Source: Alphaproteobacteria bacterium (lineage in GTDB: Bacteria; Pseudomonadota; Alphaproteobacteria; MPNO01; UBA830). From it: a stretch of DNA of 64,000 nucleotides. Location: contig OZ219790.1 of assembly GCA_964291215.2 (NCBI GenBank), forward strand, positions 64,001 through 128,000, given 5' to 3'. The notes beneath the pieces were generated by a model. The model had not been told where the DNA came from and made no database searches. It worked only from the letters and a program-made list of their open reading frames with translations. The translations under genes and the position numbers were made by a program. Shown in pieces: positions 45,801 through 54,758 of this stretch (the stretch's first letter is position 1; the number at the start of each line of letters is the position of its first letter).

Positions 45801-46032
45801 GCTGATGCAGCTCTGGCGCGCGGGCGACGAGGCGAAGGTGAACGCCTATATCGACGACAGCGGCCTCGCACGCCAGACTCTGTTCGCGCGGCTGCTGCAG
45901 TCGCTGATCGAGCTGGCGCCAGCCGGCTCGGAGGAACGCGCGATCCTCGAATCCCTCTCCAACCACATCGCCGCCCGCACCGGCCTCGCCGCACCGCGCC
46001 AGGGCGCCTTGTGGCTGGAGGAAGCGCCATGA
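42817..46032 (+). CDS. DUF1156 adenine-specific DNA methyltransferase with Zn ribbon
   Basis: LIEVDFP..HISTLHIWPARRPLAACRA; DPFAGGG; CKSC...CPCC; TDPPY. Confidence 0.92.
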   Translation: MTADRDTRLIEVDFPLERVSLDSVHEKNVRHGHISTLHIWPARRPLAACRAALVATLLPDPGDAAARQALYRRLAGEVVETVRAERRGGRAVEQHRRETAGGLLHWGREDGPDLQWFRERIRQAHGGRAPRVLDPFAGGGAIPLEAMRLGCEATAVDINPVAWFILKCTLDYPRRIAGKTLPLPGFARTDRDFMAAFLKARGFKGKPLDGRLAALGLAPDCGAGELALDAPAREEALCEADLAWHVRAWGRRVLTVVRAALAARYPTYAAFQAPAPGGPSFEPRPLALLAPDETGATSAGPLNEAFDAAWLADPRNPRWVAKPTVAYLWARTVRCKSCRAVLPLLKTRWLCRKDSKRILLTMTPRADGSGVAFGVEAGVPPATGTAAQRREGDRRLGEGTMSRSGARCPCCSAIMSMEDIRLEGRAGRLGAVMTAVVVDGPKGKEYRPPEDEELRAAEVSAGELDALYVDIPFGLPTEATPRQGPGAARAFSVENYGLDRWDKLFTDRQLLALGSVLREMRRCADAMADLPPEWREAVLACLAPSLGRLADRGSALATWTNDRETTRSTFARFALPVVWDFAESCPLADTTGGFVQAVEWIARVVEHLQDAARDAPGATVLRQSALAPVRGGFDAIVTDPPYYDAIPYSDLMDFFHVWLRRALHGVVADADPAFADPLGPKWNAAGGDGELIDDASRFGGDRAASKQAYEDGMARAFQACHKALKPEGRLVVVFANKSPDAWETLVAALIRAGFVVTGSWPIQTEMQNRQRSLASAALASSVWLVCRKRPPGRPGWDSAVLAEMRENITRRLRGFWDAGIRGPDFVWAATGPALEAFSRHPVVKKADAPGETMAVSEFLREVRRMVVDFVVGRVLTRDADAAGGLDDVTTYYLLHRGDFGLGEAPAGACILYALSCNLSDRDLSDRFAILSRPDRVQFDEADDDGTGDEDGGGAAGAGGRGGKAKLLPWNRRKARGLGLEGPGGRPAPLIDRAHRLMQLWRAGDEAKVNAYIDDSGLARQTLFARLLQSLIELAPAGSEERAILESLSNHIAARTGLAAPRQGALWLEEAP

Positions 46033-47300
46033 TCACCGAGATCCGGCTCAAGGACTTCAAGAACTTCGCCGACGAGACGCTGCGCGTCGGCCCGTTCACC
46101 GTGATCGTCGGCGCCAACGCCAGCGGCAAGAGCAACATCCGCGACGCCTTCCGCTTCCTGCACGGCATCGGGCGTGGTTATACCCTCGCGGAGACCATCG
46201 GCGGAAAATACGGCGGCGGCGGCCAGGTCGAATGGGATCCGATTCGCGGCGGCGCCAACGAACTCGTCCGCTCGGGACGACAAACCCTGACCGTCGGCCT
46301 CACCGTGAAGCTGGCGGATGGGTCGCGCGCCTCTTACTGCATCGGGATGAAGCTCGACAAAGAAGGCCGCTTTCGGGTTGAGCGCGAAGTCCTCAAGGTC
46401 AGACATCGGGAAGTATATACCAGCCATCCGGCATCGCCCGATCCCGTTCGGGAACAGAACGACGATGCCCATCTGCTGCTTCGGATGGAAAAAACCGGCA
46501 CCCAACGTAAGTATGGCCACCGAATTCCCGTGCGATGGGATCAACCCGCGCTGACCCAGATTCAAGGCGTCAAGCATGTGGTGCGTTGGCACAAAGATTG
46601 GGCCGGGGAAGTGGCGGGCCTGCTCGGCCACTGCCGTTTTCTCGACCCGACGCCGGACCTCATGCGCAAGCCCGCCTTCCCCGGCCAGGTGACGCTGGGA
46701 GACAGCGGCGAGAATCTCCCCACGGTGCTGCAGAAAATCTGTGCCGACGAAGCGAAGAAGGAGGCCCTTTTCGACTGGACCCGCGAACTCACGCCGATGG
46801 ACGTGGCAAACTTCGAGTTTCCGCGCGACCCGACGACCGGGCTGGTGCAACTCGCGATCCGCGAGAGAAGCGGAAGAAGGATTTCCGCCTACAGCGCATC
46901 GGACGGCACACTGCGTTTCCTCGCCATGCTGGCGGCGCTGCTCGATGAGGAGCCGGCGGGCCTCTATTTCTTCGAGGAGATCGACAACGGCATCCACCCG
47001 TCGCGGCTTCACCTGCTGGTCGACTTGATCGAACGCCAGACGCAGGGCGGCGCGGTGCAGGTCATCACCACGACCCATTCGCCCGAACTGCTTTCCATGG
47101 TAAGCGACGGCACTTTCCGGGATATGTCCGTCGTCTGCCGTTCGGAGGATACGGAGGACGCCGTTATCCGCCCGGTCGCCGACCTGCTCGGCGCCAAGGC
47201 GCTGCGAGAAACCCAAGGATTGGGCCGTCTGCTCGCCGGGGGCTGGATGGAGACGGCCCTTGCCTTCACCGAAGGCGGTGGCGAGGGAGACCGGGAATGA
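46029..47300 (+). CDS. ABC-type (AAA_21-like) ATPase
   Basis: GANASGKS, ASDGT, FFEEIDNG.HP, TTHS; ATGA overlaps on both sides. Confidence 0.9.
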   Translation: MITEIRLKDFKNFADETLRVGPFTVIVGANASGKSNIRDAFRFLHGIGRGYTLAETIGGKYGGGGQVEWDPIRGGANELVRSGRQTLTVGLTVKLADGSRASYCIGMKLDKEGRFRVEREVLKVRHREVYTSHPASPDPVREQNDDAHLLLRMEKTGTQRKYGHRIPVRWDQPALTQIQGVKHVVRWHKDWAGEVAGLLGHCRFLDPTPDLMRKPAFPGQVTLGDSGENLPTVLQKICADEAKKEALFDWTRELTPMDVANFEFPRDPTTGLVQLAIRERSGRRISAYSASDGTLRFLAMLAALLDEEPAGLYFFEEIDNGIHPSRLHLLVDLIERQTQGGAVQVITTTHSPELLSMVSDGTFRDMSVVCRSEDTEDAVIRPVADLLGAKALRETQGLGRLLAGGWMETALAFTEGGGEGDRE

Positions 47301-47860
47301 ACATCCTTGTCATTCCCGAGGATTTTCGCAATGATCAATATATCCTGAAGCCCCTGTTCAAGCGGCTGTTCGCCGCCTTGGGCCGAGGGCGCGCGCGGAT
47401 CCGGGTTTGCCAGGACCCGCGGCTCGGTGGCGTCGGCGAGGCACTGAAAACCGAACGTATCCGCGAGATCGTGGACCAGCATCGCGGTATGACGGATATC
47501 TTCGTCCTTTGCGTCGACCGCGATGGCGAGACGGGGCGGCGTGCGCGGTTGACCGAGATCGAAGAAAATCTCGAAGATGATTGCCGCCTGTTCGCCGAGA
47601 ACGCCTGGGAGGAAATCGAGACCTGGGCGCTTGCCGGCCTGGACCTGCCCGACGAATGGAGCTGGGTGCAGGTTCGCACCGAAATCCAGGTCAAGGAGCG
47701 ATATTTCAAGCCGCTCGCCGAGCGACGCGGCGTTGCCGACGGCCCCGGCGGCGGCCGCAAGGCGCTTGGCGAGGAGGCCGCGCGTAAAATCGATACGATC
47801 CGGCGCAAATGCCCCGAGGATTTCGACGCGCTCGCCCGGCGCCTCGGCGACGCCGCCTGA
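47297..47860 (+). CDS. Putative TOPRIM-like (DUF4276/RloB-like) partner of the ATPase
   Basis: ILVIPED, CVDRD (DxD), EEIETW.LA. Confidence 0.65.
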   Translation: MNILVIPEDFRNDQYILKPLFKRLFAALGRGRARIRVCQDPRLGGVGEALKTERIREIVDQHRGMTDIFVLCVDRDGETGRRARLTEIEENLEDDCRLFAENAWEEIETWALAGLDLPDEWSWVQVRTEIQVKERYFKPLAERRGVADGPGGGRKALGEEAARKIDTIRRKCPEDFDALARRLGDAA

Positions 47861-47880
47861 ACCCATCGAGCGAGGACGAC

Positions 47881-50800
47881 ATGACGAGAAAACTTTCCTG
47901 GACGCCCTGGCATGAGGTCGTGACGCTGCGCGAGGATGTGCGCACGGGCGCGCTCTCGCTGGCCGACTTTGCCGCCGATCTTCACGATGTAGCGATGCAG
48001 AAGGGCGCGCGGCCGGTCTATGAGGATCCGGGCCGATTCTTTGCGCTGACCTATCCGACCTTCCCGTTGCGGGAACTTGCGCGCGATGTGGCGCTGCGCC
48101 TCGCCGGCAGGAACACTAGGGCAATCCGCCAGCTCGAACTCACCTATGGCGGGGGCAAGACCCATACGCTGGTGACGCTCTACCACCTGGCGCACGATCC
48201 GCAGTCGCTGCCGGCGCTCCCCGCGGTCGAGCAGTTCCGCTCCCATGTCGGCGCGCCCCTGCCGGCGGCGCGCGTAGCGGCGCTCTGCTTCGACAAGCTC
48301 GATGTGGAAAAGGGAATGGAGGTACGCGCCCCCGGCGGCGCGCTGCGCTGGCTCAAGTATCCCTGGAGCGTACTGGCGTTTCAGCTGGCGGGCGAGGAGG
48401 GCCTGCGCGCGCTTCATCCCGACAGCGCGAACGAGGAACGGGAGACGGCGCCTGCCGAGCCGCTGCTCGCCGAGTTGCTGTCGCGGCCGCAGGCAAGTGG
48501 GCTCGCCACCCTGGTGCTGATCGACGAAGTGCTGATGTACGCCCGTGAGAAGGCGGCGATGGAGGAAGGCTGGCGCACGCGGCTGACCGACTTCTTCCAG
48601 TATCTGTGCCAGGCGGCGGTCAGGGTGGACCGCTGCGCCCTCGTCGCCTCGCTGCTCGCCTCCGACCCCGCGAAGAGCGACGCGCTCGGCAAGCAGCTTA
48701 CCCGGCAGATTTTCGACATTTTCAACCGACAGCGCGAAGAGGGGATCCAGCCGGTGCAGAAGGAGGATGTGGCCGAAGTGCTGCGCCGGCGCTTCTTCGA
48801 ATCCGGTTCGATCGCCGATCCCGACTCCTTTCGCCCCCATGTCACGGCGACGGTCGCCAATATCGCCAGGGTCGACGAAACGGTGGACAAAAACAGGGCG
48901 GGCGAGGAACAGCGTTTCCTCGACAGCTACCCCTTCCATCCGGGGCTGACCGATATTTTCTATGCCAAGTGGACTCAGCTGGATGGGTTCCAGCGTACGC
49001 GCGGCATCCTGAGGACCTTCGCCATCGCACTGCGCGATGCCGAGAAGTGGGACAGGGCGCCGCTGGTCGGCCCCAATATCCTTTTGCCCGCGCCCGGCGA
49101 AAACGCTCTCTCCGAGGCGGCGCGCGAGCTTGCCGGCACCGCCACGCGCGAGATCACGGAGGGCGCCGGCAATGTCTGGAGCGCCGTGCTGGAGGGCGAG
49201 TTTGCGAAGGCGCGGGCCGTGCAGGACGACCATCCGGCGCTGAAGTTTCGCGAAATGGAGCAGGCGGTGTGCGCCGTGTTCCTGAGTTCGCAGCCGATCG
49301 GCCAGAAGGCGCACACGCCGGAGTTGATGGCGCTTGTCGGTGCGGCAGGCCCTGACCGGATTGATGTGGAGAAGGCCCTGCGCCGCTGGACCGAACTCTC
49401 CTGGTTCCTCGACGAGGTGGAGTTCGCCGACGCCGCGACTCTGCCCCGGGCGTGGCGTCTCGGCAACAGGCCCAACCTCAAACAGATGCATGACGACGCC
49501 TGCGCCAACCGGGTCGCGGCGGAGCAGGTGGAACAGGCGCTGCTGGAGGAAGTGCGGCGGGCAAAGAGCCTCACCCAGGGTGCGGCGGCGGCAGGCGCAA
49601 GGGTGCACATGCTGCCGGAGCGGCCGCGCGACATCGGCGATGACGGGGAGTTCCATTTCGCCGTCCTGGGGCCGGGCGCGGTTTCCGATTCGGGCCGACC
49701 GAGCGCACAAGCGCGGCGCTTCATCGACGAGACGACGGGGCCGGACCGGCCGAGGATCCGACGCAACGCCGTGGTTCTGGCGGCTCCCTCGCGCGACGGC
49801 CTCGACGCCGCCCGGGCAAGCATTCGCGAATATCTCGGCTGGGAGGAGGTGCGCCGACAACTTGACGGCCAGGGAGGCGATTCGGTGCGCGAAGGGATGC
49901 TAGCCGACTCGACGGAGCGGGCGCGCAAGCGCATTCCCGACGCGATCCGCCAAGCCTGGGCCATCGTCGTCGCCGTCAACGAGCACAACGACATCCAGGC
50001 GTTCAAGACAACCATCGGCGCGGAAGCGCTGTTTGCGGTCGTCAAGGCGGACCGGCGGGCGCGCATCCAGGAGACCGCGATCAGCGCCGAAGCGATGCTG
50101 CCTAACGGCCCCTACGATCTCTGGCGCGCCAACGAGGCCTCGCGCCGCGTGAAGGATATTGCCGGCGCCTTCGCGGAGAACCCGAAACTGCCGAAAATGC
50201 TCCGCCGTAAAGACATCCTCGACACGATCGACCGGGGTGTGCGCGACGGCGTCTTCGTCGCGTCGCTGGTCAGGCCCGACGGATCGGTCAGAACCTGGTG
50301 GCGGACGCCGGTCGACGAGCAGGCCCGGTCGGAGCCGGCGCTGGAGCTGTTCCTGCCCGACAAGGCCACGTTGTCGGAGCTCGACCCGCAGGCGCTGGCG
50401 CCGGATGTGCTTCCGGAGTTGTGGACCGGCGATTCGGTCACGGTGGCGGATCTCGTCGCCTACTTTTCCGGCGGGCGAATAGCGACCGTGCAGCGAGAGG
50501 GGTATGCGGAAACAGTTGGTATTCCGGCCTGTCCCCGCGCTGCGGTCGACGCGGCGGTCTCGGAGGCCGTCGGCCAGGGCGTCCTGTGGCTCGTGAACGG
50601 CCCCGCAAGTCTCCAGGGCGAACCAGTGCCGCCCGGCATCCTGTCTGAAACCGCCCAACTGCGCGCGCCGCTATCGCCGCTTTCGGTAAACCGATTGACG
50701 AAGGACTCGGCGCCGGAGGCATGGAAAGACGGGCAGACCAGCGCCCTGGCCCTCTTGACTGTGCTCTCTGTGCAGGCCGGCGTGCCTCTGCCCTGGGCGG

Positions 50801-51198
50801 TCCTGCGCCGGGCGATCAACGACGCGCTCGACGGACAGTGGCTCGCCCTGGCGCCCGAAAGCGCCCCGTGGCCGTGCCCGGCCGCGGGTGCGGAGACCGT
50901 CATGCTGCGGGAACCCGAATCTTCGGGTGTCGCGGAGGGCGGCGGCGAAACCGCATTGCTCCGCAAGGGCCTGCATACCGGGGCGGCCGACCTTGCGCCC
51001 AACGAGTTGCAGGACCTGGTTGACGCGCTGCCGGAAGTCATCACTGCCGCTGCTGGCATCCCCTTGCGGTTCCACCTTCGCATGACGCTGGGGGACGGCA
51101 GCGAACCGCACGCCGAAACGGCGGCGTCCATCAACATTATCCTGGAAAGCGCCAACCCCGGCTTGCGCTTGAGCGGGGCCGAAAAGCCGGACGGATGA
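47881..51198 (+). CDS. DUF499 AAA+ ATPase (BrxC-related)
   Basis: PWHEVVTLREDV..G...FAADL; TYGGGKTH; VLIDE; SYPFHP; FQRTRGILR. Confidence 0.9.
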   Translation: MTRKLSWTPWHEVVTLREDVRTGALSLADFAADLHDVAMQKGARPVYEDPGRFFALTYPTFPLRELARDVALRLAGRNTRAIRQLELTYGGGKTHTLVTLYHLAHDPQSLPALPAVEQFRSHVGAPLPAARVAALCFDKLDVEKGMEVRAPGGALRWLKYPWSVLAFQLAGEEGLRALHPDSANEERETAPAEPLLAELLSRPQASGLATLVLIDEVLMYAREKAAMEEGWRTRLTDFFQYLCQAAVRVDRCALVASLLASDPAKSDALGKQLTRQIFDIFNRQREEGIQPVQKEDVAEVLRRRFFESGSIADPDSFRPHVTATVANIARVDETVDKNRAGEEQRFLDSYPFHPGLTDIFYAKWTQLDGFQRTRGILRTFAIALRDAEKWDRAPLVGPNILLPAPGENALSEAARELAGTATREITEGAGNVWSAVLEGEFAKARAVQDDHPALKFREMEQAVCAVFLSSQPIGQKAHTPELMALVGAAGPDRIDVEKALRRWTELSWFLDEVEFADAATLPRAWRLGNRPNLKQMHDDACANRVAAEQVEQALLEEVRRAKSLTQGAAAAGARVHMLPERPRDIGDDGEFHFAVLGPGAVSDSGRPSAQARRFIDETTGPDRPRIRRNAVVLAAPSRDGLDAARASIREYLGWEEVRRQLDGQGGDSVREGMLADSTERARKRIPDAIRQAWAIVVAVNEHNDIQAFKTTIGAEALFAVVKADRRARIQETAISAEAMLPNGPYDLWRANEASRRVKDIAGAFAENPKLPKMLRRKDILDTIDRGVRDGVFVASLVRPDGSVRTWWRTPVDEQARSEPALELFLPDKATLSELDPQALAPDVLPELWTGDSVTVADLVAYFSGGRIATVQREGYAETVGIPACPRAAVDAAVSEAVGQGVLWLVNGPASLQGEPVPPGILSETAQLRAPLSPLSVNRLTKDSAPEAWKDGQTSALALLTVLSVQAGVPLPWAVLRRAINDALDGQWLALAPESAPWPCPAAGAETVMLREPESSGVAEGGGETALLRKGLHTGAADLAPNELQDLVDALPEVITAAAGIPLRFHLRMTLGDGSEPHAETAASINIILESANPGLRLSGAEKPDG

Positions 51199-51472
51199 AC
51201 CGAACACAATGCCTGTGCGCAGGAAAGTCGGAATTCCGCTATCCGGTGGGAGTGCGCTCATCGTGGAGACCGTTGGCATACGGGCGATTGCGCACGAGCG
51301 CCGAAGCGGATCCGGGATATCTGGCGGACACTCTGCCGACTGTGGCGGGGACGTGCGCCGCGCCGGGTTGGAAGCGGAATTGTCAGTAATCGGGTGGGAG
51401 CCTGGGGTGAACTGCTGTGTGAGAAGGGGCTGAGGCGACATCGAGTGTCCCATTCCGTCGGGCTCTGCCCGT

Positions 51473-52531
51473 TCAGGTGATCGGATCGACGGGCCAGCCG
51501 TAACTTTCGGAAAATTGTCTCCCGAATGCTGCTTCCACCAGGTATTTGGCAACGCGTGGACTTGCGGTCCTTTCATGCGCGATGCGCCAGCCTCGCTCAC
51601 CAAGCTGCCGGCGAGCATGGTCGTTGCGCCACAGATAGATCATTAACTCGACCAGATGTTCACGGCTTTCAAATTCCATCACGCCGTCATCATAGATCCC
51701 GGCCAACCCCGCACTCGTTGCGGTCAGCACGGAGACGCCTTGGCCCAACGACTGGGCAATCCTGTCGGAGGAATATAGAAGCGGAACGGGTTTGGTGTCG
51801 TCATGCGCGAGATTCGGCATACATGCCGCCTGCGCTAGGGCATCAAGGAATTCGATCGAACGGAGACGGCGCGGGCCGTGTGCGTTTGAGCGGAATCGGT
51901 AGCCGCCAGGCAACAAAGTAAGAAGCGCCACAATCTGGTCGTCGCGCGTCTTATTGGGGGTGCCGAGAAACTGGCCGTCATACGGAAGCACGTCTCGAGC
52001 CTTCTCGAATACACGTGCGACCTCGATGCTGGAGTCGACAGGGTTCGGGAAAAAATGGACAGGGCCACATCGGCGCTCGGGCAGAGAGAGACTACCAAGA
52101 CCGGCAGTCGTAATGAAGGAAATGTCGACCTCGCGCATCCGTGCGCAAAAGCGCTTCATCGAATGCGCGTTAAAGACAGCATCCACGTTGAACTGCGCGA
52201 GCACGGCCTCCGGAACTCCTTTACGAATGGCGCGCATTGTCGTCGCGTCCACCCGGTCAACATGGCCGAACAGTACGAGATCGGGTCGATAATGACTGGC
52301 TGTCTGGATCAGGCGCCGGCGCATTTTCGCGATGCCGCCGAATCTGGAGCTCAGCACCAGTGGTGAGGCCTCCCGGGAAACGTCGCGGTCCGAAAACGCA
52401 ATGACGTGATGCCCGGCTCGCAGGAGGCCCGTGTGGAGCTTGCTGTCTACATTGTAAAACGTGGCATGGAGTCGGCGACGATCGAGATTGGCGACCAGGA
52501 GAATGCGCAGCGGCTTGAGGCGGGAAGACAT
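51473..52531 (-). CDS. CgeB-like (GT1-related) glycosyltransferase
   Basis: GHHVIAFSDRD, PDLVLFGH, PNPVD.SIE, YSSDRIAQ.LGQG. Confidence 0.7.
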   Translation of the reverse strand: MSSRLKPLRILLVANLDRRRLHATFYNVDSKLHTGLLRAGHHVIAFSDRDVSREASPLVLSSRFGGIAKMRRRLIQTASHYRPDLVLFGHVDRVDATTMRAIRKGVPEAVLAQFNVDAVFNAHSMKRFCARMREVDISFITTAGLGSLSLPERRCGPVHFFPNPVDSSIEVARVFEKARDVLPYDGQFLGTPNKTRDDQIVALLTLLPGGYRFRSNAHGPRRLRSIEFLDALAQAACMPNLAHDDTKPVPLLYSSDRIAQSLGQGVSVLTATSAGLAGIYDDGVMEFESREHLVELMIYLWRNDHARRQLGERGWRIAHERTASPRVAKYLVEAAFGRQFSESYGWPVDPIT

Positions 52532-52689
52532 TGGTTGATCGGACCTGTCCGCTGGGAGAGAGGAATCTGGCGAGGTCCTGCCTTAGGCAGACGAAACAGT
52601 ATCGGTAGCACGAGTGTTCGTTTTGGCAAATCCCATATCGCGTGCGGCCTGTGATGTTGGGCCTGGACGCCGAACTGCAACGCAAGAAC

Positions 52690-53010
52690 AAGGATCACCC
52701 CGAAGCAGCAATGTAGCACGAGGATGGGGAGCAAGCGATGCTCTTCGGCCGGACGCTATTGGCGCTCGGGGCCGGGCTGCGACAGCTTCCCGGCGGTCGA
52801 GCCGCCGCCGTGTTTCGGCGAGGCTCTGGCGATGGTTCATGTTTCCCACCGCCCAGTGGCCGCGGCCGCAGCAGTTCCTCTGGCGAGGCGTGTTGCGCAT
52901 CAAGCGAGGTGATGATGTACTCGGTGTGGTCGTTGCCGCTCGCTGCGCCGCTGGCGCTCTTTCCCAACGGCTCGCGGTAGCGCTTGATGCGGGCGATCTG
53001 CCGGGGTAGT
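52690..53010 (-). pseudogene. ISAs1-family transposase remnant
   Basis: YIITSL...ASPEELL...RGHWAV.N..H across shifted frames. Confidence 0.6.
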
Positions 53011-53084
53011 TGATCAAGCCCTTGAGCGGCGTCAGGCCCCGTCGCTGCTCGAGGCGTCCGTGGGCCTTGGTCGAGCTTCTCCTT

Positions 53085-53120
53085 GAAGATCAAGGTTGAT
53101 GACATAGGCCGGAAGCATGG
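53085..53120 (-). pseudogene. Glycosyltransferase family 25 N-terminal stub
   Basis: MLPAYVINLD directly after the upstream GT stop, then interrupted. Confidence 0.4.
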
Positions 53121-53125
53121 CGTTA

Positions 53126-53869
53126 TCAATAGTCGGCGACCCACGGTGCCGGGCGCGTGCGGCGATGCAGTTGCCCGGCGCGGAACCCCGATAGCGCCTC
53201 ATCGGGATCGGGCCGGCCGTGAAACACCAGAATACGGGTATCTGGCGGAAGGGACGGCTGCCGCACCAGGTTGAACGGAAAGCAGGGCACCGCATGCCGC
53301 TTGAAGCTTCGCGCCCATTCATCCGGCCACCAGTACTTTTCGCCGAGGGCGTACGTCAGATAGGTCTGCTCCGGCGCAAAATTCGCCAACGCCCAGTCGC
53401 GCTCGGAGTAGAACTTGTCGATCGCAAACTGCATCGTGTTCGCGCGCCAGCGAACGATGGACGAGTTCCCGACGTTCGGACGCTTCTTGAAGATTTGCTG
53501 GCCCTGCTTCCAGTTGTGGATGATGCAGCGCTTCCCCGGCATGAAGTCGAAGAAACAGTCAATGCCTCCGATGATCAGGATGTCGAGGTCGAGGAACAGG
53601 CAATCACCCTCTATCCCCGGTTGATCGTCAGCGAAAAATCCCAGCTTTAGCCAAGCGGTCCTTTGGTGGCTTTCGGGCAGTTCGATCTCCGGCAGGGGCC
53701 GCGTTTCGATTCCGGAATCCAGCCCGGACTCATTGTCGGTGAAGCAGAAGAACTTGAACTCGCGATGGAGATTCGCGCTGACGCCGCGAAAGAGCCGGTT
53801 GACAAATTCGGGGCCGTAACGATCACCCCACTTCAAAGTGAGGACGCTGATTGGACAATTGCCGGTCAT
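53126..53869 (-). CDS. Glycosyltransferase-like protein (GT-A fold, DxD)
   Basis: LKWGDRYGPEFVNRL, CFTD, FLDLD, NSSI, EQTYL, VFHGRPDP. Confidence 0.8.
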   Translation of the reverse strand: MTGNCPISVLTLKWGDRYGPEFVNRLFRGVSANLHREFKFFCFTDNESGLDSGIETRPLPEIELPESHQRTAWLKLGFFADDQPGIEGDCLFLDLDILIIGGIDCFFDFMPGKRCIIHNWKQGQQIFKKRPNVGNSSIVRWRANTMQFAIDKFYSERDWALANFAPEQTYLTYALGEKYWWPDEWARSFKRHAVPCFPFNLVRQPSLPPDTRILVFHGRPDPDEALSGFRAGQLHRRTRPAPWVADY

Positions 53870-54219
53870 TGTCGCTTTCGCCGTGCAGTTCAGACTGGAA
53901 GTGGGGTTTGCCAAGCGCAGGGAGCTACCCCGCGCCGGGTCAAGGACTGTTCTATTCAGCGGGCGACCCGACAGAGCGGGACACGCCAGCAGTCGCAGGA
54001 ACGAGGGTAGAATAGGCTCAAGCCATAAGTCAAGAAGTTGACCTGAGGCGCGGCATAGGTTGGTAAGGTAGGTTGGGCCACCAAAAAGAGAGCAAGATAA
54101 CCAAGAACAAGGCCCCGGCGCGAGCCTAACAGGCGGATCTGAGCGTCCGGCCACCGCCCGGGGAGGCCACCACAAAGAGCTATGGGCGCGCGGGCACTCG
54201 TTCGTCAAAGGTGTGCTCG

Positions 54220-54340
54220 GCATGGCCGCACTCGGCTACAGCCCACTCGTCGCCATCCAGATCGTACTCGCCGAAAACGCCGTCTACATGATCAAGGTGC
54301 ACAACGCCAGACCCATCTCTACAGAGGGGTGAGCTGATAC
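54220..54340 (+). mobile_element. Diverged IS66 right-end remnant
   Basis: ATGGCCGCACTCGGCTAC...GGGGTGAGCTGATAC. Confidence 0.7.
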
Positions 54341-54758
54341 CCCCATTTTTCACGTGTTCTGGTGCAGAAGCTCCGAATCGAAGCAGGCATGAGTTGTCTC
54401 TACGTCAGCAACTCAATAAAGATTTGGAGCTAGTTCCGTGCCTACGCGAAAATGACCGTTTTGGCTGACCTTCCGACGAAATTTCGGGTTTGATCCACTC
54501 CCGGGGCCTCCGTTCCCAGGGGGGATTTCTGCCGATTTGCAGCGGCCCAGGGCCCTTCCACCGAGAATCCAGCGCAACTTGGCCCAATTCCAGCTGCGGA
54601 ACGTTTCGCGTGGCAATTCTCGCGAAGTTTTCCGAAAAGCCAGCGGCTTCCCGGTCTGATCGGTCAATTCCCGCCCCAAAGCGGGGTTCTTCGCCCCCTC
54701 TATATCACGATTTCGCGAATAGAATTGCGCAGTTGTACATTTTTAATCAGGCACTAGT

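Noticed and set aside
37967-49860. Long antisense ORFs (37967-41023, 43840-45501, 47335-49860)
   Set aside because: Shadow frames of GC-rich genes; they carry no motifs, while the opposite strand has clear domains.
54345-54750. Possible ncRNA or element end downstream of atm1
   Set aside because: Only short palindromes; no convincing structure or recognisable family.
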